7,965 nucleotides of DNA, taken from IMG/VR virus record IMGVR_UViG_2711768023_000001. The stretch is one strand, 5' to 3'. Made by a program: the position numbers and the translations under genes. The DNA is from a virus (Duplodnaviria; Heunggongvirae; Uroviricota; Caudoviricetes). Positions 7,358 through 7,965 of this stretch are shown here, piece after piece. Below the pieces are notes generated by a model. It did not search any database and was not told the DNA's origin. It worked only from the letters and a program-made list of their open reading frames with translations. Numbering within the stretch: the stretch's first letter is position 1; each line of letters begins with the position of its first letter.

Positions 7358-7864
7358 ATGAATAATGTATTTCTGTACCGGATGCCTGTTGGCATTGCCG
7401 GGGCTGTCTCTCGCCCGCAGGACTTAACCGTCGAACCGGTGGTCCTTAAATCCGATAACGCCTTCGCTGCCTATGGCCTGGCTGGTAAATACGATGATGA
7501 CGGTTTTTTCGTGCCGCTGGCAGATGGTGATACCGCAGACAAGGTGAAGGGGATCTACGTGCGCCCTTATCCGACCACGTCGCAGCCGGACATGGTTCGC
7601 CAGGTGGGAACAGGCAAGAACTTCCCGGGCGACGCCATGAAGCGTGGCTACGTGACCGTTAATCTCGGTTCTGATTTTGATGCCAGCACTATCAAAAAAG
7701 GCGATCCGGTATACGTTGTCGTCTCCACTGATGAATCCATCAAAGTGCCGCTGGGTGGATTCATGTCCACGTCAGTCAGTGGCAAAAACGTGGTGCTGAC
7801 CAACGCTGAATTCACAGGTGCCGGTGATGCTGACGGCAATGCAGAAATTTCCTGGAAGATTTAA
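7358..7864 (+). CDS. Hypothetical phage structural protein (possibly a head cement/decoration-type protein)
   Basis: ATG 7358 with AAAGGG Shine-Dalgarno 7-9 nt upstream, tightly packed 3 nt after the preceding gene. 168 aa, Gly/Asp-rich. No motif I can assign confidently; the role is inferred only from position in the head module. Confidence 0.6.
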   Translation: MNNVFLYRMPVGIAGAVSRPQDLTVEPVVLKSDNAFAAYGLAGKYDDDGFFVPLADGDTADKVKGIYVRPYPTTSQPDMVRQVGTGKNFPGDAMKRGYVTVNLGSDFDASTIKKGDPVYVVVSTDESIKVPLGGFMSTSVSGKNVVLTNAEFTGAGDADGNAEISWKI

Positions 7865-7879
7865 GGAACAGACGAATGA

Positions 7880-7965
7880 GGTGATGCTGCCAACTTACTG
7901 ATTTAGTGTATGATGGTGTTTTTGAGGTGCTCCAGTGGCTTCTGTTTCTATCAGCTGTCCCTCCT
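7880..7965 (+). mobile_element. IS1 left end (IRL plus start of insA), partial; the element continues beyond the right edge of the window
   Basis: 7880..7965 matches, from memory, the first ~86 nt of IS1 (GGTGATGCTGCCAACTTACTGATTTAGTGTATGATGGTGTTTTTGAGGTGCTCCAGTGGCTTCTGTTTCTATCAGCTGTCCCTCCT). Recalled sequence, not searched. Confidence 0.85.
7935..7965 (+). CDS. insA: IS1 InsA (transposition repressor), 5' fragment only
   Basis: GTG 7935 followed by GCT TCT GTT TCT ATC AGC TGT CCC TCC (ASVSISCPS), the recalled N-terminus of IS1 InsA. Truncated by the window edge. Confidence 0.6.
   Translation, partial: MASVSISCPS

Noticed and set aside
2938-7395. Antisense ORFs of 63-233 aa inside the terminase, portal, Mu-F and DUF2213 genes (for example 2972..3334, 3476..3871, 4306..4755, 5049..5492, 5588..5989, 6338..6853, 6694..7395)
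   Set aside because: Each lies wholly antisense to a well-supported gene, lacks a convincing ribosome-binding site and has low-complexity or Ser/Arg/Cys-rich composition typical of shadow ORFs.
7880-7965. Right-end sequence resembles the pACYC184/p15A cloning vector backbone
   Set aside because: The shared segment is the IS1 left end, which pACYC184 carries as a Tn9-derived remnant. With IS2 at the other edge and phage genes between, a chromosomal IS1 copy is more parsimonious than vector contamination. Not fully excluded without the flanking sequence.

Overview
This window is the late-gene segment (lysis, DNA packaging, head morphogenesis) of a lambdoid-type enterobacterial prophage that looks defective. 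Left to right: the terminal 86 bp of an IS2 element (reverse orientation) that has cut the pinholin gene down to its last ~7 codons; a phage-21-type SAR endolysin whose 3' end is lost in a 451-nt run of N; the 3' ends of nested spanin genes Rz/Rz1; an AT-rich, oppositely oriented 'moron' encoding a DedA/YqaA-like membrane protein; terminase small and large subunits; a portal gene that is one continuous 1467-nt frame except for two in-frame TAG codons; a Mu-F-like head-morphogenesis gene; a DUF2213-like acidic assembly/scaffold protein; a 168-aa structural protein; and the left end of an IS1 element inserted directly after the ATG of the next gene. No tRNA, rRNA or CRISPR array was seen. All family assignments come from motifs and recalled reference sequences read by eye, not from a database search. 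The most unusual items are the doubly amber-interrupted portal gene and the low-GC membrane-protein moron between the lysis and packaging modules.
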